Counted from the first letter of the stretch, positions 1-8,529 are shown. The stretch: DNA of 64,000 nt from Longimicrobiales bacterium (GCA_965198065.1 CBDAON010000004.1:160001-224000); one strand, 5' to 3'. Made by a program: numbers and translations. The notes: generated from the letters alone by a model not told the origin.

Positions 1-438
1 GTCCTGATCGTGAGCGCGCTCACGATTGGCCTCGGCCGCTTCCTCATGGTGCAGATTCCGATCACCCTCATCTCCGGAGCGGCCGGAATCCTCCTATTCT
101 ACGCGCAACATCAGTTCGAAGGAACATATTGGCACACGAGGCCGGACTGGGACTTCTTCGAGGCTTCCGTCATCGGAAGCTCGCATCTGGTTCTTCCCGG
201 GCTCCTCCAGTGGCTTACCGCGAGCATCGGCATCCACCACGTCCATCACCTGAGCAGCCGGATCCCCAACTATCGGCTCCAGGAATGCGTGGATGCGAAT
301 CCCGAGCTCCAGCAGGCCACCCGGATCACCCTCCGGAACATCGGGCCGCTCTTTCGCCTCACCCTATGGGACGAGGAAAGGCGTCGAATGATCGGGTTCC
401 GAGAGTTGAAGTGCGCCTCGAAAGTTGGACAGAGTTGA
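1..438 (+). CDS. Membrane fatty acid desaturase, C-terminal part (5' end outside window)
   Basis: Third His box HHVHH, preceded by FYAQHQFEGTYW and followed by RIPNYRL, typical of Des-type desaturases. Confidence 0.85.
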   Translation, partial: VLIVSALTIGLGRFLMVQIPITLISGAAGILLFYAQHQFEGTYWHTRPDWDFFEASVIGSSHLVLPGLLQWLTASIGIHHVHHLSSRIPNYRLQECVDANPELQQATRITLRNIGPLFRLTLWDEERRRMIGFRELKCASKVGQS

Positions 439-517
439 CTGACCTGACCCGCTGAAACGAGACCAGGTGCAATGTTAGGATCGGCCTGGTCCGAAGCTTT
501 TCAGCGAGGAGGTCAGG

Positions 518-798
518 ATGGGAAGGAAGCGACACACTCCGGAGCAGATCATCACTGCAGTGCGGGAGGCAGAGGTCGGTCTGGCCGGCGGCAAATCCGT
601 GAAGCTGATCAGGGGGGAGCTCGGCATCACCGAGCAGACGTACTACCGGTGGAGGCGGGAGTACGGCGGGATGAAGGTGAGCCAGGCACGGCGCCTGAGA
701 AGGAGCTCGAGCGCGAGAACGGGCGCCTGAAGCGAGCAGTGGCGGACTTGACACTGGACAAGCTGATCGTGGAGGAAGCGGCCAAGGGAAACTTCTGA
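518..798 (+). pseudogene. IS3 OrfA with a frameshift
   Basis: Extra GA near 697-700 (cgcctgagaagg, versus cgcctgaagg in copy 2) breaks the frame. Confidence 0.85.
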
Positions 799-1682
799 GC
801 CCCGAGGGCCGACGACGTTGTGTGGTGCGTGTACGTCAGCAGCTCGGGGCGTCGGAGAGGAGAGCGTGCCGGGTGCTCGGGCAGCCACGCACGACCCAGC
901 GCGGGGCGAGGAAAGTGGCGAGTGACGAGGGGGCGCTCCGAGGTGATATCGTGCGACTCGCGAGTCGATTCGGCCGCTACGGCTAGCGACGCGTCACGGA
1001 CACGCTCCGCATCGAGGGCTGGGGGGTGAAGCACAAGCGGGTGGAGCGGATCTGGAGGCAGGAGGGGCTGAAGGTCCCGGAGCGGCAGCCGAAGCGAGGT
1101 CGGCTGTGGCTCAACGACGGATCGTGCATCCGGCTGAGGCCGCTGTATCGGGGCCACGTCTGGTCGTACGACTTCGTGGCCTCGAGGACGCACGACGGGC
1201 GTGCGCTGAAGCTGCTGACAGTGCTGGACGAGCACACGAGGGAGTGCCTGGCGATCGTGGTGGCTCGCAAGATCCGCTCGCACGACGTGCTCGAGGTGCT
1301 GGACGATCTGTTCGTCCGACACGGGCCTCCCGAGTATCTGAGGTCGGACAACGGACCGGAGTTCACCGCGAAGCCCGTGCGGCGGTGGTTGGGGCGCGTG
1401 GGCGTCGAGACGCTCTTTATCGAGCCGGGCAGCCCGTGGGAGAACGGCTACAACGAGAGCTTCAACGGCAAGCTCAGGGACGAGCTGTTGAACGGGGAGA
1501 TCTTCTGCTCGTTGGCGGAGGCGGCCGTGCTGGTCGAGCAATGGAGGCGCGAGTACAATACCGTCCGACCCCACAGCGCCTGCGGCGGCTTTCCCCCGGC
1601 CCCTGAGGCGATTAAGCCGTCGCCCTGGTTCCTGAGGATGCCCGTCCTTCACCGCCCTCCACAGGTGCTGGGACTAACATAG
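795..1682 (+). pseudogene. IS3 OrfB DDE transposase with an internal amber stop
   Basis: Reads RYG*RR (TAG at 984-986) where RYGYRR is expected; intact rve domain at 1026-1682. Confidence 0.85.
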
Positions 1683-1791
1683 GTTGTGGTACCGCTCTTC
1701 GGGGCAGGTCAGGTTCAAGGCATGATAGACCAGGCGCTGCAGGTTGTGACGGGAAACCTGCAGGGGCTGGCGGACGAGGTCGGCGTGTCCT

Positions 1792-2573
1792 ACTGTCAGC
1801 AGCTTCAGCGCACGCCCGTCGTGCGTCCTCGAGGCCACGAAGTCGTACGACCAGACGTGGCCCCGATACAGCCGGCCTCAGCCGGATGCACGATCCGTCG
1901 TTGAGCCACAGCCGACCTCGCTTCGGCTGCCGCTCCGGGACCTTCAGCCCCTCCTGCCTCCAGATCCGCTCCACCCGCTTGTGCTTCACCCCCCAGCCCT
2001 CGATGCGGAGCGTGTCCGTGACGCGTCGCTAGCCGTAGCGGCCGAATCGACTCGCGAGTCGCACGATATCACCTCGGAGCGCCCCCTCGTCACTCGCCAC
2101 TTTCCTCGCCCCGCGCTGGGTCGTGCGTGGCTGCCCGAGCACCCGGCACGCTCTCCTCTCCGACGCCCCGAGCTGCTGACGTACACGCACCACACAACGT
2201 CGTCGGCCCTCGGGGCTCAGAAGTTTCCCTTGGCCGCTTCCTCCACGATCAGCTTGTCCAGTGTCAAGTCCGCCACTGCTCGCTTCAGGCGCCCGTTCTC
2301 GCGCTCGAGCTCCTTCAGGCGCCGTGCCTGGCTCACCTTCATCCCGCCGTACTCCCGCCTCCACCGGTAGTACGTCTGCTCGGTGATGCCGAGCTCCCCC
2401 CTGATCAGCTTCACGGATTTGCCGCCGGCCAGACCGACCTCTGCCTCCCGCACTGCAGTGATGATCTGCTCCGGAGTGTGTCGCTTCCTTCCCATCCTGA
2501 CCTCCTCGCTGAAAAGCTTCGGACCAGGTCGATCCTAACATTGCACCTGGTCTCGTTTCAGCGGGTCAGGTCA
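1792..2573 (-). mobile_element. Second, inverted, 3'-truncated copy of the same IS3 element
   Basis: IRL at 2573 and near-identity to 440-1221; lacks IRR and most of the DDE domain; same TAG plus a 1-bp insertion near 1872. Confidence 0.92.
2217..2495 (-). CDS. IS3 OrfA (HTH_Tnp_1), intact in copy 2
   Basis: 92 aa, MGRKRHTPEQII...RLKELERENGRLKRAVADLTLDK...KGNF. Confidence 0.9.
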   Translation of the reverse strand: MGRKRHTPEQIITAVREAEVGLAGGKSVKLIRGELGITEQTYYRWRREYGGMKVSQARRLKELERENGRLKRAVADLTLDKLIVEEAAKGNF

Positions 2574-2746
2574 GAGCGGCTGGGTTGTTCTCGGCGGGAG
2601 TGATCCGGGCTTGAGAAACTGTCTTCTTACCAATCTCGGAACGGAACCTTAGACTGCTGGACCCGGCACTCCTGAAGCCCCATTGACAGTCAAGAGGCCC
2701 CTTCGACCCCGCCGAGCCCGACCATCGCCGGCGCGATTCAGCAGAG

Positions 2747-3295
2747 CTACTGGCTCCAGGGCGGCACGATGCGGTTCATGCGTGCGTAAGCGATAAGCTG
2801 TCCCAGGTGCTCGTGCATGTCGCCGGCGGCCATCAGGATCGCGGCACCGATCTGCACCTGCTGCCCAAAGAAGCGGATCTCCCGGGAGCGCGTCGCTTCA
2901 TCCATGCCGGCAACCGTACCGATGATGTTGTCGAACGCTACTTCCAGCTCTGCGACGAGCCCTACTTTGGAAAGTCCCTGGAGCCGGGCGTCCTCGGTGG
3001 CCCGATCCGGATTCACGCCCGCACGCGCTGGCGCTCCCCACTGGGTAGGGAAGCCGTTGCCCTCGCTGGCAATGAGGACCAGGACTTCCTTCACTGAGCG
3101 CACTCCTTCCATGGGCCTCCAGTCGTACTGTTCCTCCGGAAACACCTCCGCCAACGCGACAAACTTGTCCTTCATGGTGCTGAGATCCGCCAATTGGGTC
3201 TCGCTCACGGAGCTGGCCTGGGCGGCGAGCGGTCCAGCGGCAGCGAAAGCGGCGCCTAGCGCCAGCGAAAGGCAGAATCCGGTTCGAACTCTCAT
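2747..3295 (-). CDS. Secreted DinB-family protein
   Basis: Signal peptide (FCLSLALGAAFAAAGPLAAQ), YDWRPMEGVRSV motif and C-terminal MHEHLGQLIAYARMNRIVPPWS. Confidence 0.8.
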   Translation of the reverse strand: MRVRTGFCLSLALGAAFAAAGPLAAQASSVSETQLADLSTMKDKFVALAEVFPEEQYDWRPMEGVRSVKEVLVLIASEGNGFPTQWGAPARAGVNPDRATEDARLQGLSKVGLVAELEVAFDNIIGTVAGMDEATRSREIRFFGQQVQIGAAILMAAGDMHEHLGQLIAYARMNRIVPPWSQ

Positions 3296-3365
3296 GGATG
3301 CGGTCTCCGACCAGGCGATCGACGGTGATCGTTTTGTGAAAGCGAGCATGCCCTAACCCGCGGAA

Positions 3366-3439
3366 CACGCCTGGAGGGACTCGAACCCCCAACCCCCAGA
3401 TCCGAAGTCTGATGCTCTATCCAATTGAGCTACAGGCGC
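3366..3439 (-). tRNA. tRNA-Arg(TCG), CCA not encoded
   Basis: GCGCCTGTAGCTCAATTGGATAGAGCA-TCAGA CTTCGGA TCTGG-...GGTTCGAGTCCCTCCAGGCGTG cloverleaf. Confidence 0.93.
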
Positions 3440-3815
3440 GCACTGCTGAGAAGCCTAAGGTATGCCACGAGATTGGATCGCCGCCAGGAGTTCCAGCCGG
3501 CTGAAATAGAGGGAGTGCCGGCCTGCCGAAGACCTGTCAGCAGTCGACACCCATCAAGATAGGAGGGCTGGTTCGGGTGAAGGTAAGATCGAAGATCACC
3601 GCGGGCCATGAGTGCCTGGATGATCTCTTTCCACTGCGAACACTCGGCGCTACGCCGGAGCTCTCGGGTACAGAGTGGCACAAGGGTAGGGTAGGGGATC
3701 CGGAGATTCTGGCTCAACCGTACCAGGGGTGGTAAGGGTGCGGTAGTCGACCGACGCCCCGGCACCCGCTGACGTCCGCCTCCTTGCCCCCGAATCAACC
3801 CATGGAGAGCCCGCG

Positions 3816-4241
3816 ATGCCCCATGAGCTTTTCGAAGGCTGCAATGGCGTCTGCATCAAGACCTGGTGGGAGATGGACCAGCCCAACATCTCCCCCGGCG
3901 TCTCAGAGAGCTACGAGGACTGCCCCGATCCCGACGAAGAAGAGATCCGGACCGTGGTCGAGGGGTCCATTAGCGAGTTCAACCGGAGGCAGCGTCAGGA
4001 CGCGAGATCGCCGGGCTGTTCCGAGCACTGCATCTGTCACTTCGGTGTCGCCGACGCCTTGGTGCACTGGACCGGGGAGTGGCCCATTACGGTGCGGTGG
4101 CGAAAGACGCTGACCATCGAGGGTCACGACCACACCTGCCGCTATAGCGCCGGGGTCCAGGTTCGAATCCGGAAGTTCAAGCAATTCGGGGAGTGTACTC
4201 CCTCGTTCGAGATCGAGCTGCCCGAGATCGAGGTGGAATGA
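3816..4241 (+). CDS. Hypothetical Cys-rich acidic protein (141 aa, 8 Cys)
   Basis: ATG preceded by GGAGAG; protein-like composition unlike the shadow ORFs; no family recognised. Confidence 0.6.
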   Translation: MPHELFEGCNGVCIKTWWEMDQPNISPGVSESYEDCPDPDEEEIRTVVEGSISEFNRRQRQDARSPGCSEHCICHFGVADALVHWTGEWPITVRWRKTLTIEGHDHTCRYSAGVQVRIRKFKQFGECTPSFEIELPEIEVE

Positions 4242-4457
4242 GGGGAGCGGGGTCCGACGGCCGGTTCCTCGACGTGAAGGAGCTGGCGTTGAAGCTGAGG
4301 AGGGCAGGGGAGTGACGCTAGCGGCTAGGGTTCCGTCGCCAGCGCTGTGCCCTATCTTCTGTCCCGGGTCGCACGGCTGAAAGTCTGTGCCCTATGCGTG
4401 CCCTACGGCATAGAGGGCCGGAAGCCATGACACCGTAACTCGTTGTACAGTAACGAT

Positions 4458-4531
4458 GTCCTCGTAGCTCAGGTGGATAGAGCGGCTGCCTCCTAAGCAG
4501 CAGGTCGCAGGTTCGAGTCCTGCCGAGGACG
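4458..4531 (+). tRNA. tRNA-Arg(CCT), CCA not encoded
   Basis: GTCCTCGTAGCTCAGGTGGATAGAGCG-GCTGC CTCCTAA GCAGC-AGGTCGCAGGTTCGAGTCCTGCCGAGGACG. Confidence 0.95.
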
Positions 4532-4673
4532 CTGAGCAGGAGAGAGGTTCCGGGATGGGCTCTCAGGTCCGGACCCCCGCTGCGCATCCCGGTCCGAGCC
4601 CTTACCTTGGAGGCTGGCTGTGACAGAAGAGCCGCGAAGTGAGCGTCGCCTGCACTCTTTCAAGGGGGTAGCG

Positions 4674-5792
4674 ATGTCGATCAAGAAGACCTTCAGCGTG
4701 TTGGCGGTCGGGCTGTTGGCTGGTGCGCTAGTAGCCGGCACCGCGGACGTGGAGCGGACACTGGTCTCCACGCTGACGGATGTCTCGCCAGCGCCCGTTT
4801 CGGTAGGCTCCCTGGCGTTCGGCCCCGAAAACATCCTCTTCGTGGGCGATACGCAGGGCGGCGCGATCTACGCGATGGACCTGGCCGACATGGCCCAGGG
4901 CAACGGCGGAGCGGTCGAGCTCGACGGCATCGACCGGAAGATCGCCAGCATGCTCGGGATCGCCGTCGAGGATCTCCTGATCGCCGACATGGCCGTACAT
5001 CCGAGCGCGCAGACCGTCTACCTCTCCGTCATGCGAGGACGGGGGCTGGGCGCGACGCCCGTTCTCCTGCGGGTCTCCGGAGACGGTGCCATTGAGGAAG
5101 TGCCCTTCCCCGGCATGCGCTATTCGGTTATGGAGCTGAATAACGCACCCGAACAGGATCAGCTCTACGGCGGACGCGCCTCCGCGCTCACGTACTCCAT
5201 CACGGATCTGGCTTTCGTCGATGGTGAGGTTTTTGTGGCAGGGCTGTCGAACGAGGAGTTCGCGTCCAACGTGCGCCGTCTACCATTCCCGTTCACGGGT
5301 GCACATCGGTCCACCAGCCTGCAGATCTATCACGTCTCCCACGGCCAGAACGAGACCCATGCGCCGGTCATGACGTTCATGGCTCGGGAAATTGAGAACC
5401 AGACGCACATCCTGGCGGCCTATACGTGCACACCCCTGGTGCAGTTCTCCACCGAGAACCTGTCGGACGGCGAACACGTGATCGGAAAGACCATCGCCGA
5501 GTTGGGTGCCGGCAACCGGCCTCTGGACATGATCTCCTACTCGGTGAATGGGCAGGAGCGTATCCTGATCTCGAACAGCCGCCACCCGCTCTTGAAGGTC
5601 AATCCGGGCGAAATCCCCGGTGCGAAGAGCCTGGAAAACCCCACCCAGGAAACTGGCATCGGCTTCGAGACCATTCAGGAGGCGGGGATCCGCCAGATGG
5701 ACAACCTGAACGATGACTACGTGCTCATCCTCCAGCAGGAAGGCCAGGACGGGCCCATGAACCTCAGATCCCTGAGCAAGGCCGCTCTCTAG
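4674..5792 (+). CDS. Secreted hypothetical protein, probable beta-propeller
   Basis: Signal peptide MSIKKTFSVLAVGLLAGALVAG; propeller-like blades SLAFGPENILFVGD, DMAVHPSAQTVYLSV, TDLAFVDGEVFVAG; AAGGGGG RBS. Confidence 0.75.
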   Translation: MSIKKTFSVLAVGLLAGALVAGTADVERTLVSTLTDVSPAPVSVGSLAFGPENILFVGDTQGGAIYAMDLADMAQGNGGAVELDGIDRKIASMLGIAVEDLLIADMAVHPSAQTVYLSVMRGRGLGATPVLLRVSGDGAIEEVPFPGMRYSVMELNNAPEQDQLYGGRASALTYSITDLAFVDGEVFVAGLSNEEFASNVRRLPFPFTGAHRSTSLQIYHVSHGQNETHAPVMTFMAREIENQTHILAAYTCTPLVQFSTENLSDGEHVIGKTIAELGAGNRPLDMISYSVNGQERILISNSRHPLLKVNPGEIPGAKSLENPTQETGIGFETIQEAGIRQMDNLNDDYVLILQQEGQDGPMNLRSLSKAAL

Positions 5793-5808
5793 ACGAGCGA
5801 TCGGCCCG

Positions 5809-7086
5809 ATGGGGTCTCGGAAGAACCGGCGGTGGGCCGGGGCGCTTCTCGCCCTGGCCGCTGCCTTCTTCGTTTGGGGCGGCATCGTCGTCCTGGTGCC
5901 CGGCTCCGATGGGAGTACGATCGCGGGCGGTGATGAAGTCCGCCGCGACGCTGGCGCGGTTGGCGGAGGCGCTGGTGCAGGGGTGCCACGAATCGAGCTC
6001 CTGGACCAAGGAGCCGCCGTGGTCGTCCTCGGTTTGGAATCGACGATGATCGACGCTCTGAACCGCTCTCCACCCTCGAGCGAGGCCTGGCAGTCGCTTT
6101 TTCCCATCGGGATCGCATCAGCCGACAGCGATCTTCCGATGATGCTCGGGCAGTACGCGGTGGAAGAAGACCGCGTGGTTTTCCGGCCCCGCTTCCCCCT
6201 GGCCCCTGGCACGCCCTATACGGCGCGCTTCGACCCCGACGACTTTCTGGCGGCTGCAGGGTTCGAGGCGGCGGAAGCACCGGCCTTCGAAGAGCTACAG
6301 GCCGAACTCTCGATTCCGCTCGACGCCTCAGCCGCGCCCACTCGCGTCGTCCAGGTTTACCCCACGGCGCCGATCGTCCCAATGAACCTGCTCAAAATGT
6401 ACGTGCACTTTTCGGCACCCATGCGCTTCGGCGAGGCGTACCAGCACGTCCGCCTCCGGGACGCATCAGGCGAGGTGGTTCCCGACGCGATCCTGGAGGT
6501 GCTGGAAGAGCTGTGGGACCCGGAGCGGCGCAGGCTGACGCTGCTGTTCGACCCAGGCCGTATCAAGAGGGACCTGGAACCCAACCTCACGCTCGGGCTC
6601 CCGTTACGGGACGGCGAGAGCTACGTCCTGGAGATCGACGAGGGGTGGAGGGACGGATCAGGAAGGCCACTCGCCGAGGGATTCTCCAAGACGTTCTCCG
6701 TCGGAGCGGCGGACCGTGTGTCGCCGGACGCAGACACGTGGGTGGTCAAGGTACCGGTGGCCGGCTCGCGTGACCCGCTCGAGATCGCCTTTCCGGAGCC
6801 GATGGACCGCGCCCTCCTCGATCGACTCATCACGGTAGTGGCGGAGGGCGGAGAGCGAGTCGAGGGCCGCATCGAAGTGACGGACGGCGAAACCGTTTGG
6901 CGACTCACGCTCGACCGCCCATGGGACGCGGGGAGCTACGTCATCGACGTAGACGCCGACCTGGAGGATCTGGCCGGAAACAACCTGGCGCACTTGTTCG
7001 ATGTGGATTTGAGCCAGGATGTTCGGCTCAGCGAGGTGGACGCACGCGCGCGCCTACCGTTCGACGTGCGGCCGGCCGGAGGCTGA
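5809..7086 (+). CDS. Membrane-anchored or secreted hypothetical protein with Ig-like (Big_5/SbsA-like) modules
   Basis: N-terminal hydrophobic helix; repeated FSAPM / FPEPMD ... D..GRPL / DLAGNNL motifs typical of bacterial Ig-like domains. Confidence 0.7.
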   Translation: MGSRKNRRWAGALLALAAAFFVWGGIVVLVPGSDGSTIAGGDEVRRDAGAVGGGAGAGVPRIELLDQGAAVVVLGLESTMIDALNRSPPSSEAWQSLFPIGIASADSDLPMMLGQYAVEEDRVVFRPRFPLAPGTPYTARFDPDDFLAAAGFEAAEAPAFEELQAELSIPLDASAAPTRVVQVYPTAPIVPMNLLKMYVHFSAPMRFGEAYQHVRLRDASGEVVPDAILEVLEELWDPERRRLTLLFDPGRIKRDLEPNLTLGLPLRDGESYVLEIDEGWRDGSGRPLAEGFSKTFSVGAADRVSPDADTWVVKVPVAGSRDPLEIAFPEPMDRALLDRLITVVAEGGERVEGRIEVTDGETVWRLTLDRPWDAGSYVIDVDADLEDLAGNNLAHLFDVDLSQDVRLSEVDARARLPFDVRPAGG

Positions 7087-7241
7087 GCCTTTCAGTTCGA
7101 GAATAAACCCAGGTGCCCGCAGTTAACGCCGCCACGAGCGTCGTCAGGGCGCGTCCCGGTTGGTTCCTCGTGAAGGCGTCCTTCTGGCTACCCGTGCCGT
7201 AGGGCCGTTTACGGGGTAGGGGCCCGGCTCGCCGCCGCTCC

Positions 7242-7613
7242 TCAGGGTGCGCGGATCAGGTGAAGGGCGAGGAGCGCCCACCCGGCGAGAAGGCAGAGCC
7301 CACCCAGGGGCGTCACCGCGCCCAGGGCCCGGACGCCAGTCCAGACCAGCAGGTAGAGCGACCCGGAGAACACGAGGATCCCGGCCACGAACGCCCATCC
7401 CGCCCATGATCCCAGCGGGCCCGGGTGGCGCCCCACCAGGACGGCAACGAGGAGGAGGGCCAGGGCGTGGTACATCTGGTAGCGGACGGCCGTCTCGAAG
7501 GTCGCCAGATCAGCGGGCGCGAGCCGATTCTGTAGGGCGTGCGCCCCGAACGCCCCGAGGAGAACGGCGGCCAGGCCTAGGCACGCCCCCACGACTGCCA
7601 GGATTCGCTCCAT
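7242..7613 (-). CDS. DUF423 (YgdD/TMEM256) membrane protein
   Basis: LGAFGAHAL...FETAVRYQMYHALAL...FSGSLY...GAVTPLGG; GGAGG RBS. Confidence 0.92.
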   Translation of the reverse strand: MERILAVVGACLGLAAVLLGAFGAHALQNRLAPADLATFETAVRYQMYHALALLLVAVLVGRHPGPLGSWAGWAFVAGILVFSGSLYLLVWTGVRALGAVTPLGGLCLLAGWALLALHLIRAP

Positions 7614-7754
7614 CCGTTGACCCTCCATCTTCACGATCCTACGTTTCTTCTCTCGCGCGGACTGTGAGGGCGGTCCCGGCTCGCCAGGCGCGGAATTCCA
7701 CCGCCGGTCTCAACTACGATACGCTCCGGCGGCACCGCGCTCCAACCCGATCCG

Positions 7755-8450
7755 ATGGCCAAGCCCAAACTAACCAAGACCCCACCTCCAACCCCCTCGA
7801 ACAGCGGGTACGATCCGGCCTTTAACCGGTGGGTCGTGGCCTCCTTCGACTGGGCGCGGGGTCGCACGCAGACGGTGGTGGCAGGCTCCGTGGTGGCGGT
7901 CCTGCTGGTCGCGGCCGTGGCGTATTACCTCCTGCAACGCTCGGAGCGGCTCGACCTGGCCGCCGCGGAGCTGGAAACCATCCAGTTCGTGGCGCTGGTT
8001 ATGGAGGGCCCCCAGGCCGAGGACGAGCTCCGAGCCTATATCGACCGCTTCAGCGGCACCCCTTACGCCATCGAGGCGTACCTGCTCCTCGGAGAGCATT
8101 TCCTCCAGCAGGAGCAGCCCGAGGCCGCCGTTTCCGCCCTTCAGGAGATCGGCCCGTCCTTTCGGTCGCCCCTCCACGTCCAGGCCGCGTTCCTGCTCGC
8201 CGTGGCGTTCGAGCAAGCCGCGCGCTCGGACGATGCCGCTGAGCTCTACCAAGAGCTCCTCGATCGAGCGGAGTTCACGTTCCAGGAGCGAGAGGCCGGG
8301 GAGGGCCTGGCCCGGGCCGAGCTCGCGCGAGGGAACACGGAGGGGGCGATTGCCGCATACGAGGCCGTTCTGGCCGTGCTGGATCCGGAAGACCCTACCC
8401 GGTCCCGCTTCGAGATGCGGCTCGCCGAGCTCCGGGCCCAGACGCTCTAG
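7755..8450 (+). CDS. Membrane-anchored tetratricopeptide repeat protein (YfgM-like)
   Basis: Single N-terminal TM helix followed by helical TPR-like repeats. Confidence 0.75.
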   Translation: MAKPKLTKTPPPTPSNSGYDPAFNRWVVASFDWARGRTQTVVAGSVVAVLLVAAVAYYLLQRSERLDLAAAELETIQFVALVMEGPQAEDELRAYIDRFSGTPYAIEAYLLLGEHFLQQEQPEAAVSALQEIGPSFRSPLHVQAAFLLAVAFEQAARSDDAAELYQELLDRAEFTFQEREAGEGLARAELARGNTEGAIAAYEAVLAVLDPEDPTRSRFEMRLAELRAQTL

Positions 8451-8529
8451 CCGTCCGCCCGCCTCAGGGCAGGATCATCGTAAATCCCATTCCAATAATG
8501 AGTTGTGGTGGATGCCCGTGTCCCCCTGA

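Larger units (their letters stand above)
440..1711 (+). mobile_element. IS3-family insertion sequence (IS407-like group), full length but inactivated
   Basis: IRL TGACCTGACCCGCTGAAACGAGACCA at 440; IRR ends GGGGCAGGTCA at 1711; orfA MGRKRHTPEQII; orfB rve core WSYDF...SDNGPEF...ENGYNESFNGKLRDE; -1 slippery heptamer G GGA AAC at 786-792; no target duplication seen. Confidence 0.93.

Noticed and set aside
984..986. In-frame TAG in both IS copies as possible amber readthrough or recoding
   Set aside because: Many bona fide genes here end in TAG (5792, 8450, 43916) and no pyl genes are present; a nonsense mutation is the simpler explanation
2683..2693. Perfect palindrome TTGACAGTCAA
   Set aside because: Only 11 bp, with no gene start positioned to use it; compatible with chance
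4534..4668. Glycine-riboswitch-like words (GGAGAG...CTCTCAGG; GAAG..GAGC...CTTTCAAGG) upstream of the propeller gene
   Set aside because: The first putative aptamer lacks the CGCCGAAG/P2-P3 region and is better explained as a simple hairpin after the tRNA; a significant Rfam RF00504 hit would be needed
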